Source of the DNA: an uncultured Bacteroidales bacterium
GTDB taxonomy: Bacteria > Bacteroidota > Bacteroidia > Bacteroidales > UBA3663
NCBI GenBank assembly: GCA_902770595.1
Contig: CACXTQ010000007.1
Span: 237 to 64,236, forward strand
Length of the DNA stretch: 64,000 bases
Direction of reading: 5' to 3'
Within the stretch, counting starts at the first letter, position 1; the number at the start of each line of letters is the position of its first letter. Below the pieces are notes generated by a model that had not been told where the DNA came from, made no database searches, and saw nothing but the letters and a program-made list of their open reading frames with translations. A program made the position numbers and the translations under genes. Of the stretch, positions 18,951-27,674 are shown in pieces.

Positions 18951-19356
18951 ATGTCCCCCAAGGTACCGTGGAGGATATGCCACGATTGTCGTATGTCCGC
19001 TAACGTTCGTTGAAGGATATGCGAAGGTAGCAGGATGTCCGCTAACGTTCGTTGGGGGATATGCGGAGCTGGGGGCATGTCCCCTAACGTTCGTTGAAGG
19101 ATATGCGACGATGGAGGAATGTCCGCTAACGTTCGCGGGAGGACATGCAACGATGGGAGGATGTCCTCTAACGTTCGCAGAAGGACATGCGACGACGGGA
19201 GGATGTCCGCTAACGTTCGTTGAAGGACATGCGGAGGTGGGGGCATATCCCTTAACGTTCGCTGGAGGATATGCGACGATAGCAGGATGTCCGCTAACGG
19301 TCGCTGGAGGATATGGTTCTATAGAATGATGTCCCCTAACGTTCGTTGGGGGACAT
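18951..19356 (+). repeat. Array B: ten 28-bp hairpin units at exact 42-bp period
   Basis: ATGTCCnnTAACGTTCGTTGnnGGAYAT starting at 18951+42n (n=0..9), 14-bp linkers. Confidence 0.95.
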
Positions 19357-19532
19357 GATCACGAAAAGCCCCCCTCGGTCCCATTTAATTAAAGGGAGAA
19401 GATGCCATCCAGTCCCGATTTATTTATCACGAATTATCGAATTTGAGAATTAAATTTCAAAACCACCGCGGCATATTTTCACTCGTCAAGTATATTAATA
19501 TTCAACTATTTACATTAACAAAAATTGTCTTT

Positions 19533-19799
19533 TTATTGGACAATATCATATATATACCATGGCGACATTTTATCCGTTCTTAATGCCTGCTTGCCCTCGG
19601 GCAAAGATTCTACGATACTCAGAGAATCGTCAAAATCCATCATTTCACCTAATGATATAACCACTGCGTCTGATTCTTCAAGATCCTCTTCGCGCCCAAG
19701 AAACTGCCAATCTCCATTTTCTTCATGTATAATTCTAATTATTTCCGAATTATCATAAATTACAAATCTTGTAGTAATAACGTACTGATTTCTATTCAT
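19533..19799 (-). CDS. Imm33/DUF2185-like small acidic protein
   Basis: IIHEENGDWQFL...ISLGEMMDFDDSL...LPEG motif; low GC. Confidence 0.6.
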   Translation of the reverse strand: MNRNQYVITTRFVIYDNSEIIRIIHEENGDWQFLGREEDLEESDAVVISLGEMMDFDDSLSIVESLPEGKQALRTDKMSPWYIYDIVQ

Positions 19800-19827
19800 C
19801 TTATTTTAGAACAAAAGCCTTCGACAA

Positions 19828-21096
19828 TCAAACTGACAACCACTTCCATGCCGGGATGACTTCGACATTACCATAGGTATCGGGGATGGTATTTTCCTCG
19901 TCGTAAGTCAAAATCAATCTTCTGCGACATGGCATGAACTTTGGCAGTTTCATCAGGGCATCCACTTCCCGCTTGCGGGTTTCCTCATCGCGAAGTGAAT
20001 AACATACTTGAATTGCGAGTTCATCTTCTGGAATATAAAAATCTACCTCAAAATTGTCATTGTAGAAGAAAATCCGTTCATTATCCAAGTCATGACCATA
20101 AAGGCGAAACAATTGAATGGCGACAAGGTTCTCCAACAACATAGCATCCTTGTCCATCAAGAAGAGACCTAATATTCCACTATCAATAAAGTAGTATTTG
20201 CAGTTACCCTCCTTCTCTGCAAGAGTAGTTGCATAATTTCTTAACCGCAATAGCAGCCATGCATCCTCACAATATTCCACATACTTTATGGTCGTTGCCA
20301 AACTTAGTTTGCCTCCTACGGTCGAAAGCAGGTTATTGATGCGATTGTAGGAAATCGGGCGACATACACTCTCTGCCATTTTCCTGACCAGTACCCTGAT
20401 ACCTGCAGTATTCGTTATTTTATTACGAGCAATGATGTCTCCCATATAGATTTTTTGATAAACACTGCTCAAATAATTTCTTTTAGCCGGCAAAAGAGCG
20501 GTGTCGGGAAGGCCTCCATAATGCAAATATTCGTCAAACAGGCGCACCACTTTTGCTCGTTCTTCTGTGGATAGAATGACAAGATCGCTTACAGGAACTT
20601 TGTGTACCGACAGGAACTCCTTGAAACTATACGGATAAACCTCTGCTGTCATAAAACGACCGCCCAATGTAGTATTTATCTCTCCGGAGAGCATCTTTGC
20701 ATTGGAGCCCGTGATAATAATAGTATATTTGCTATCGGCCATCCTACGTGCAAATTTATGCCATCCATCTATATTCTGTATTTCGTCGAGGAAAAGCATA
20801 GGACGTTTCCCATACATCTCCTGATGACACTCCAACAACCGATTGAAGTCTTCCGTGCCGAAATCCTCCAAACGTTCGTCCTCAAAGTTCATATAGAGTA
20901 TCTCATCCCATTTTCGTCCTTCGGCAAGCAGTTGCTGGATACGATGATATAGCATAAATGACTTACCTGCCCTTCGTACGCCCACCAATACATGGCATGG
21001 GAAATCATCCAACCTTATTTGACGAGGTTCGACAACATATCGTTCCACTTCCTGCTGGTTATCACGGAGTATCTGTTTTAGTATTTGCTTATCCAT
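19828..21096 (-). CDS. AAA_14 ATPase with C-terminal DUF4143 (PD-(D/E)XK-like) domain
   Basis: GVRRAGKS, FLDEIQN, ITGSNA, GGLP, KYYFIDSG, LENLV, EVDF..LAIQVC; lower GC than flanks. Confidence 0.9.
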   Translation of the reverse strand: MDKQILKQILRDNQQEVERYVVEPRQIRLDDFPCHVLVGVRRAGKSFMLYHRIQQLLAEGRKWDEILYMNFEDERLEDFGTEDFNRLLECHQEMYGKRPMLFLDEIQNIDGWHKFARRMADSKYTIIITGSNAKMLSGEINTTLGGRFMTAEVYPYSFKEFLSVHKVPVSDLVILSTEERAKVVRLFDEYLHYGGLPDTALLPAKRNYLSSVYQKIYMGDIIARNKITNTAGIRVLVRKMAESVCRPISYNRINNLLSTVGGKLSLATTIKYVEYCEDAWLLLRLRNYATTLAEKEGNCKYYFIDSGILGLFLMDKDAMLLENLVAIQLFRLYGHDLDNERIFFYNDNFEVDFYIPEDELAIQVCYSLRDEETRKREVDALMKLPKFMPCRRRLILTYDEENTIPDTYGNVEVIPAWKWLSV

Positions 21097-21165
21097 ACAC
21101 TTGTTTTATTGTGAATCTGGGTGCAAAGATACAACATATTTAATGAATTTGCAAATATTTCGCCG

Positions 21166-21223
21166 TTTTTATTTAATCCATTAAACAAAATTGGCCCATT
21201 TTTATTTAATCCATTAAACAAAA
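21166..21223. promoter_or_regulatory. Two palindromic 25-bp direct repeats (33-bp period) upstream of the ATPase promoter, putative operators
   Basis: TTTTTATTTAATCCATTAAACAAAA at 21166 and 21199; minus-strand TATCTTTG at 21124-21131. Confidence 0.6.
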
Positions 21224-21226
21224 GCC

Positions 21227-22564
21227 CTACATCTTCTCCTTTGCCTCGATATATTGCTGCCAGGCGAGGTGGGAGTTGCCGCCCGATTCGGCAAGGACAA
21301 GATAGCGGAAGAGGGCGGCGCCTGCTGCCGCACCATTGGCTCCATACTGGGCGAAGTCACTGCTTATGCGCAGACGATCCACCCGGTAATCGTTGCCATC
21401 GCTCGTGTAATGTGCCTCGAAGGCGCAGATGCCCGTCCAGCTGCGGAAGTAACGGATGTACTCCTCGTCGCAATACATGAACCAGTGGTCCTCCATGGCT
21501 GCGGGGATGTGGCCCTTGCGAATGATTGCCATGGCGGCTGCGGGAATCCAGAAGTCGAGCGCCACCTGGGCTATCTCGTCGGAATCCTCAGGCATCGGGA
21601 TGGTCTTCCAGGAGCTTGCCGTGGCGGTCTTGCGCTTATCGGGGAGCGGGTTCTCGCCATTGAGCGCCTTGCTGGAGTCGCCAAGCCCGAGCGTCCAATA
21701 CTCGATGGCCTCGGACTGCTGCTTCTGCTGCTCCTCCTGCTTCTTCGCCAAGCGGGTGGTATGACGCCACGGACACTGCTTGCGAAAGGCTTCGAGCACT
21801 TCCCTCATGTCCTTCGGCAGATACGTGAGGGCCTTCTGCTTCATCCATTCGGGTATGCCCCAAATGGCCTCGGCGATGCTTCCGACGATGGCTCCGAGCG
21901 TGTCGGCATCGGCACCCAGGATGACTGCCCTGCGGATGGCGTCCTCGAAGGAACTGCTGCGGCTGATGACCCAAAAGGCGACGGGCACCGTGCCCTGGCA
22001 GGTCTCGTCGAAACGGTTCTGCACGTCCTTCTCCTCGAAGTCGATGGAATAGCCGTAGTTGGTGAGCGCCCTCTTGAGACCATAGTTCATGATCTGCTCC
22101 CTGCCGATATGTTCGAAGAGGCCGTGCATCTCAAGGCAGTCGTGGATGGCGGAGACTACCGCCTTCGCGCCCTTGATTCCCTCGGGATGATTGTGGGTGC
22201 ACGATGTGGCCTCCACGGCATAATACATCTGGGCGTGACCATTGAGCGAGAACCACGCCACGGGGCTGATCCTCATGGCTGCACCGTTGCCGAAGCTGCC
22301 ATAGGGCTGCGGGTCGTTGCTCCTCACCCACTGGGCAAATCGTCCGCCATAGCCGCCCATGGGATGCGGATACTTGCGGCACCAGGCGTGGATGTACCCG
22401 CCGAAGTCGCGTGCCCCGTGGAGCAGCGCATCCGCCACGGCAATGGTACAGATGGTGTCGTCGGTGTAACTGTTCCTGTCGGAAAACATCTCAAAGTTGT
22501 AGTCGTTGGTGGGATGGAACTCCCAGCGGCTGCCCACTATATCGCCAATGATTGCACCCAGCAT
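21227..22564 (-). CDS. ADP-ribosylglycohydrolase with extra C-terminal domain
   Basis: GAIIGDIVGS, YTDDT, SFGNGAAMRISP, THNH, GADADT motifs; ~170-aa extension with GHIP..MEDHWFMY..RSWTG. Confidence 0.88.
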   Translation of the reverse strand: MLGAIIGDIVGSRWEFHPTNDYNFEMFSDRNSYTDDTICTIAVADALLHGARDFGGYIHAWCRKYPHPMGGYGGRFAQWVRSNDPQPYGSFGNGAAMRISPVAWFSLNGHAQMYYAVEATSCTHNHPEGIKGAKAVVSAIHDCLEMHGLFEHIGREQIMNYGLKRALTNYGYSIDFEEKDVQNRFDETCQGTVPVAFWVISRSSSFEDAIRRAVILGADADTLGAIVGSIAEAIWGIPEWMKQKALTYLPKDMREVLEAFRKQCPWRHTTRLAKKQEEQQKQQSEAIEYWTLGLGDSSKALNGENPLPDKRKTATASSWKTIPMPEDSDEIAQVALDFWIPAAAMAIIRKGHIPAAMEDHWFMYCDEEYIRYFRSWTGICAFEAHYTSDGNDYRVDRLRISSDFAQYGANGAAAGAALFRYLVLAESGGNSHLAWQQYIEAKEKM

Positions 22565-22809
22565 ATTCCTATATATATTAATTGTCTGACAAATGAAATG
22601 ACGCGGTAAAGATAGGACAGAATTCCGAGAATACCAAATTTATCCCCACTTTTTCGCAATCATCCGCCCGTTTTTGTTCGAATTTGGCTTTGCGCAATCG
22701 GTTGTTATGGGTTTTGAAGTTGTATAACTGATGTTTTTCGGCCCCGGATTGGCAATAATTGGAAAAATCTTGTTAGATTTGCATATTCAAAACCCTTTAA
22801 TCAAGAAAT

Positions 22810-23331
22810 ATGAGACACCTCCTGACCATCATCGGCGTGCTGACCATGGCACTTTCGAATACCGCCTGTGCACAACGCACGGATAAACCAAACGAATTAT
22901 TGGACGAAGCCTTGCTGAGCCAGGCGACGAGCGTGACCTATTCGTTCGACAATGGCACGGTGGCTCCTGACTGGCGGTATGACTGTCGGGTCACGGTCTT
23001 CAAGGATTCCGTGCGACTGAGTGTAATCAAGGGGTATGGGGAAGCGCAGAAATATGACTCCATCGTCCCCTTGCAGGCGGGGCAGTACGAGCAATTCATT
23101 GCCAGGATGGTCAACCATTCCATCACGAAGGTTCCCTTCCTCGACCCGAAGCCGGTGGGCGGCCCCACCCACTATCTACTGGTTCGCGGCGATTCGCTGT
23201 TTGTGGAGGGTGAAGAGGGCTATGAAATGCAAGTCGAGAACGGCCGTCTTTTCGGAACATTCCTCATGGTCCTTCCTCCCGATCTGCAGGACATCATGAA
23301 AGCCCCCGAGCGGCTTATTCGGGATTATTAG
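22810..23331 (+). CDS. Exported hypothetical protein
   Basis: Signal peptide ending TACAQ; 173 aa; promoter-like TAGATTTG upstream. Confidence 0.7.
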   Translation: MRHLLTIIGVLTMALSNTACAQRTDKPNELLDEALLSQATSVTYSFDNGTVAPDWRYDCRVTVFKDSVRLSVIKGYGEAQKYDSIVPLQAGQYEQFIARMVNHSITKVPFLDPKPVGGPTHYLLVRGDSLFVEGEEGYEMQVENGRLFGTFLMVLPPDLQDIMKAPERLIRDY

Positions 23332-23463
23332 AATATTTTTCTGATTTTTCCTAAATAAAAGTGATATTTTCTAAATTTTTCGCCAAACCTTGCATATAAT
23401 ACCTTCCATCCTTACCTTTGCACCCGAAAATAATTCTTTAATTTCGCAAAAACGAAGAATAAG

Positions 23464-24231
23464 ATGGAAGCAAGATACTACAAGCATTGGAGTGCAGCTC
23501 TCGGCAGAGAGATGGAGTACAAGACCTTCGGCAATCGGGGTCGTGGTGTACTCGTGTTCCCAAGTCAGGACCAGCGGTTCTGGGAGTGGGAGGACAATGG
23601 CATGATCGATGTGCTTGCTCCCATGATCGAAAGCGGGCTCATCCACCTCATCTGTTGCGACAGCATCGACAAGGAGACCTGGAGCTTGGTGAATGCCACT
23701 CCCCAGGAACAGCACGACTACCGGCAGCTGATCGAACTGCACGAGCGCTGGTACGAGTACATTACCGAAGAACTCATCCCGGCAGTCAACGGTGGACAGC
23801 GACTGATTGTCACGGGTTGTTCGATGGGCGGTTACCATGCAGGCAACGTGTTCTTCCGTCGTCCCGACCTGTTCGACACGCTGCTTTCGCTCAGCGGCCT
23901 CTTCCATGCCGACTACTTCTTCCCGGGATTCACCGAGGAACTCATCTATCGCAACTCTCCGCTCCACTACCTGCGCGACCAGAACGACCCGAGCGTGCTG
24001 CTCGACACCTACCGCGACAAGCTGATCATCCTCTGTTGCGGCCAGGGTGAATATGAGGGCATCACCAACGAGAGCACCTGTTGCCTCGGTGACCTGTTGA
24101 CCGAGAAGGGCATCCCCCACTGGACCGACATCTGGGGATGCGACGTGAGCCACAGCTTCGAGTGGTGGCGCAAGCAGGCGAAATACTTCTTCGAACATAT
24201 CCTGGAGGAAGGAGGACGCAAGGTTGTGTAA
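23464..24231 (+). CDS. Alpha/beta-hydrolase (putative esterase family)
   Basis: GCSMGG nucleophile elbow, DVSH catalytic His region. Confidence 0.85.
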   Translation: MEARYYKHWSAALGREMEYKTFGNRGRGVLVFPSQDQRFWEWEDNGMIDVLAPMIESGLIHLICCDSIDKETWSLVNATPQEQHDYRQLIELHERWYEYITEELIPAVNGGQRLIVTGCSMGGYHAGNVFFRRPDLFDTLLSLSGLFHADYFFPGFTEELIYRNSPLHYLRDQNDPSVLLDTYRDKLIILCCGQGEYEGITNESTCCLGDLLTEKGIPHWTDIWGCDVSHSFEWWRKQAKYFFEHILEEGGRKVV

Positions 24232-24240
24232 GTAAAAAAT

Positions 24241-24398
24241 AAGGGATATTAAAGGATATTTAGGGATAGTAAGGGATATTTAGGGACGTTACCTTGTTTC
24301 CGTTCGGTCACGTCCGAGAGAAGCGCCTCAAGAGAATGGGTCCCAAGAACATTTGTCCCTTCTTATCCCTTAAAATCCCTAAGAATCCCTTCGAATCT
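24241..24398. repeat. Intergenic element with inverted arms built of 10-bp tandem units
   Basis: Five (A/T)AGGGATATT-like units 24241-24287 and about five ATCCCT-containing units 24355-24398 around a ~67-bp core. Confidence 0.75.
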
Positions 24399-24413
24399 TC
24401 AAATTAAACATTT

Positions 24414-25658
24414 ATGAATTTCATCTTTATCTCACCCCAGTTTCCGCGCACTTATCAGGAGTTCTGCATTCGACTGAAGCAGAACGGCGTGACTGTGCTT
24501 GGCATAGCCGATGCGCCCTACGAAACGTTGAGCCCGGAACTCCGGGGCGCACTCACCGAATACTACCGCGTAGATAATATGGAGGAATACGGCCAGATGT
24601 ACCGTGCCGTAGCCTTCCTTGCCCACAAATATGGCAAGATCGACTGGATAGAGTCGAACAACGAATACTGGCTCGAGCAGGATGCCCGACTCCGCACCGA
24701 CTTCAATGTCACCACAGGCATACAGTATGCCAACATCACCGCTATCAAGGAGAAGTCGGAGATGAAGAAATACTACCGCAAGGGCGGCATACCCACGGCA
24801 CGACAGGAAAAGACCGCCAACGGACTGGATGCCCTGCTGCGCTTTGCTGACGAATGCGGCTATCCGCTCATCGCCAAGCCCGATGTGGGCGTAGGTGCAG
24901 GAGGCACGCACAAGCTGCACGACGAGCAGGAACTCCGTGACTTCTTCGGGGCATACGGCAACCAGCCCTACGTCGTGGAGGAGTTCATCACTGGCGAGAT
25001 TTGTTCGTACGACGCCATCGTCGATGCCGAAGGCAAGGCGATGTTCGAGTCGATGACCGTCTGGCCACCCAGCATCATGGACATCGTGAACAAGCGCCTC
25101 GACCTGTCGTACTATATCGGCAAAGAGATGCCACAGTCGCTCCGTACCCTGGGACGCGAGACGGTGAAGGCCTTCGGCGTCATCAACCGCTTCGTACACC
25201 TCGAGTTCTTCCGTCTGGACAAGGCAAGAAAGAACCTCGGCGAAGCGGGCGACTTCGTGGCACTGGAAGTCAACATGCGTCCGGCTGGAGGCTACACCCC
25301 CGACATGATCAACTACGCACATTCGACCGACGTATATAAGATCTGGGCCGACATGCTAGCCTTCGGCAAGTCACGCCTGGCACAGGACAGCCAGCACGAT
25401 GCGGGCAACGCGCTGAGCAAGGCGTGGCCTGACGAGTACTACTGCGTCTTCGCCTCACGCAGGGACATCTACCAGTACGTCCACACTCACGAGGAAATCC
25501 TACAGCGATATGCGGGCAGCATTGTCATGTGCGAGCGCATGCCCGACATACTCTCGGGAGCCATGGGCAACCAGATGTACACCGCAAGACTCAGAACCGA
25601 GGAGGAGAAGGATGAGTTCATCCGCTTTGTCCATGAAAAGAAACAAACTACGACATGA
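24414..25658 (+). CDS. ATP-grasp ligase
   Basis: GYPLIAKPDVGVGA, VEEFI, HLEFF, LEVNMRP motifs. Confidence 0.88.
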   Translation: MNFIFISPQFPRTYQEFCIRLKQNGVTVLGIADAPYETLSPELRGALTEYYRVDNMEEYGQMYRAVAFLAHKYGKIDWIESNNEYWLEQDARLRTDFNVTTGIQYANITAIKEKSEMKKYYRKGGIPTARQEKTANGLDALLRFADECGYPLIAKPDVGVGAGGTHKLHDEQELRDFFGAYGNQPYVVEEFITGEICSYDAIVDAEGKAMFESMTVWPPSIMDIVNKRLDLSYYIGKEMPQSLRTLGRETVKAFGVINRFVHLEFFRLDKARKNLGEAGDFVALEVNMRPAGGYTPDMINYAHSTDVYKIWADMLAFGKSRLAQDSQHDAGNALSKAWPDEYYCVFASRRDIYQYVHTHEEILQRYAGSIVMCERMPDILSGAMGNQMYTARLRTEEEKDEFIRFVHEKKQTTT

Positions 25659-26401
25659 TACAGAAATTCAACATCTTCTGCAAGCCGGCCGGTGAAGACC
25701 GCCGCATACACCTTTTTCTGCCCGACGACTACGACAAGTCGGACGAGCGATATGCCGTCCTTTATATGTTCGACGGCCACAACCTCTTCTTCGACAGCGA
25801 TGCCACCTTCGGCAAAAGCCTTGGGCTGAAAGAGTTCCTCGACGGCTGGTGGAAACACCTGATCGTGGTGGGCATGGAGTGCGCCAAGGACAACTGGGCA
25901 CGCATCCGCGAATACTGTCCGTACGATGTCGTGAGCCGCATCTATGGCCGCATCCCGGGACTCGGACATCAGACACTGGAATGGATCGAGCAGGAGCTCA
26001 AACCCTTCATCGACCAGAACTATCGCACATGGCCCCATCGCGAGGCAACTGCCATAGCAGGCTATTCGATGGGAGGCATGATGTCGCTCTATGCCATTGT
26101 CAGGTTCAACCACCTCTTCTCGAAGGCTGCCGTCATTTCGCCTGCCATCCAACCCGCCATGCAGCAGTTGCGCAACGACATCGGCAAGGCCGACATCGCC
26201 CACGACACACGCATCTTCTTCTCATGGGGCACGGTGGAGCAGCAGGGCAATCCGGGACTCGAGGACCGCATCCGCGAGATGGAATGGCTCGTGCAGCAGA
26301 AGGGTGCTAGCACCTATCTCTTCCGCAACGAAGGAGGCAACCACAACGAGGCATCGTGGCAGCACGAGGTGCCCACGTGGATGCACTTCCTTTGGGAATA
26401 A
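25655..26401 (+). CDS. Alpha/beta-hydrolase (putative esterase family)
   Basis: VLYMFDGHN, GYSMGG, HNEASW motifs. Confidence 0.85.
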   Translation: MIQKFNIFCKPAGEDRRIHLFLPDDYDKSDERYAVLYMFDGHNLFFDSDATFGKSLGLKEFLDGWWKHLIVVGMECAKDNWARIREYCPYDVVSRIYGRIPGLGHQTLEWIEQELKPFIDQNYRTWPHREATAIAGYSMGGMMSLYAIVRFNHLFSKAAVISPAIQPAMQQLRNDIGKADIAHDTRIFFSWGTVEQQGNPGLEDRIREMEWLVQQKGASTYLFRNEGGNHNEASWQHEVPTWMHFLWE

Positions 26402-26428
26402 CCACAACCTCATAATAAGCAACAGATC

Positions 26429-27652
26429 ATGAACGTCATATTCATCTCCCCACACTTCCCGCTGCACTTCTGGAACTTCTGCGACCGCCTGAAGCGACTC
26501 GGCGTCAATGTGCTCGGCATTGGCGATGCACCCTACGACAGCCTGGCCTCCGAGGTAAAGAACTCCGTAGGCGAATATTACTACGTCACTTCGCTCGAAG
26601 ACTACGACCAGGTGTATCGTGCCGTGGGCTACTACATCGGCCGCTACGGCAGGATAGACTACGTAGAGAGCCAGAACGAATACTGGCTCGAACTGGAGGC
26701 ACGGCTCCGCACCGACTTCAACATCACGAGCGGATGGAAGACCGACGAGCTGCAGAGCGTGAAACTCAAGTCGCAGATGAAACTCGGCTATCGGCGTGCC
26801 AAGGTGAAGACGGCACGCCACCATCTCATCGACCAGCCGGACGAGGCACTGCAGTTTGCCGCGAAAGTGGGCTATCCCGTCATCGTGAAGCCCGACAATG
26901 GCGTGGGTGCCAGCAACACGTGGAAGATCGGCGACGAGGCGAGTCTGAAAAACCTGTACCACGAGACATTGGCGCATTACCCCGCCCATCATTTCATCAT
27001 GGAGGAATTCGTGCCCGGACACATCGAGACCTTCGACGGCATCACCGATGCACAGGGCAACATCGTCTTCTACACCGGACAGGTGATGATGGCAACGCCA
27101 CTGGCCATGCTGCAAGGCACGGGCGAGAACGTGAGCTACACGCAGAACGTGCAGGCCACCGACCTCAATGACATCGGGCCGCGCGTCGTCAAGGCATTTG
27201 GCCTGCGCAACCGCTTCTTCCACTTCGAGTTCTTCCGCCTTGACGAGGACAAGAAAGGCCTCGGGAAACGAGGCGACGTGCTGGGTCTGGAGGTTAACAT
27301 GCGAGCACCGGGCGGCTACATTCCCGACAAGATGAACTACGCCTACAACGTCGATGTCTATCAGATATGGGCCGAGGCATTGACGCTGGGCGAAAACCGT
27401 TCGTTCCCCAACTATCACTTCCAGCGCTACGTCACCCACTTCGGCCGAAGCGAGAAGGTGGAATACAGGCATTCGGCCGATGAGGTACGTGCCCAGCTTG
27501 GACACAAACTGCTGCTCGAGAAGGTTCCTCCGAAGAGCATTTCGGGCGGAATGGGAGCACAGGTCTTCGTGGCCTGGAGCGAATCGCTGCCCGAACTGGA
27601 GGCACAGGCCCGCTTCATCCTCGAGCGCAGCGACGGGAGCAACTGGATGTGA
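26429..27652 (+). CDS. ATP-grasp ligase, paralog of 24414..25658
   Basis: GYPVIVKPDNGVGA, MEEFV, LEVNMR; shared NEYWLE..ARLRTDFN. Confidence 0.88.
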   Translation: MNVIFISPHFPLHFWNFCDRLKRLGVNVLGIGDAPYDSLASEVKNSVGEYYYVTSLEDYDQVYRAVGYYIGRYGRIDYVESQNEYWLELEARLRTDFNITSGWKTDELQSVKLKSQMKLGYRRAKVKTARHHLIDQPDEALQFAAKVGYPVIVKPDNGVGASNTWKIGDEASLKNLYHETLAHYPAHHFIMEEFVPGHIETFDGITDAQGNIVFYTGQVMMATPLAMLQGTGENVSYTQNVQATDLNDIGPRVVKAFGLRNRFFHFEFFRLDEDKKGLGKRGDVLGLEVNMRAPGGYIPDKMNYAYNVDVYQIWAEALTLGENRSFPNYHFQRYVTHFGRSEKVEYRHSADEVRAQLGHKLLLEKVPPKSISGGMGAQVFVAWSESLPELEAQARFILERSDGSNWM

Positions 27653-27674
27653 TTTTATAATATTTTATCAATCG

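Noticed and set aside
18341-19329. Repeat proteins from ORFs 18341..18718, 18450..18902, 18725..19246 and 18901..19329
   Set aside because: Array A alternates 41/42 bp, which breaks frames. Array B is open on both strands because 42 is a multiple of 3, and the repeat continues past the stop. Conservation follows base pairing rather than codons. Not formally excluded.
18493-19356. CRISPR array
   Set aside because: Linkers are only 13-14 bp, related to each other and partly duplicated; repeats are degenerate; no cas genes in the window.
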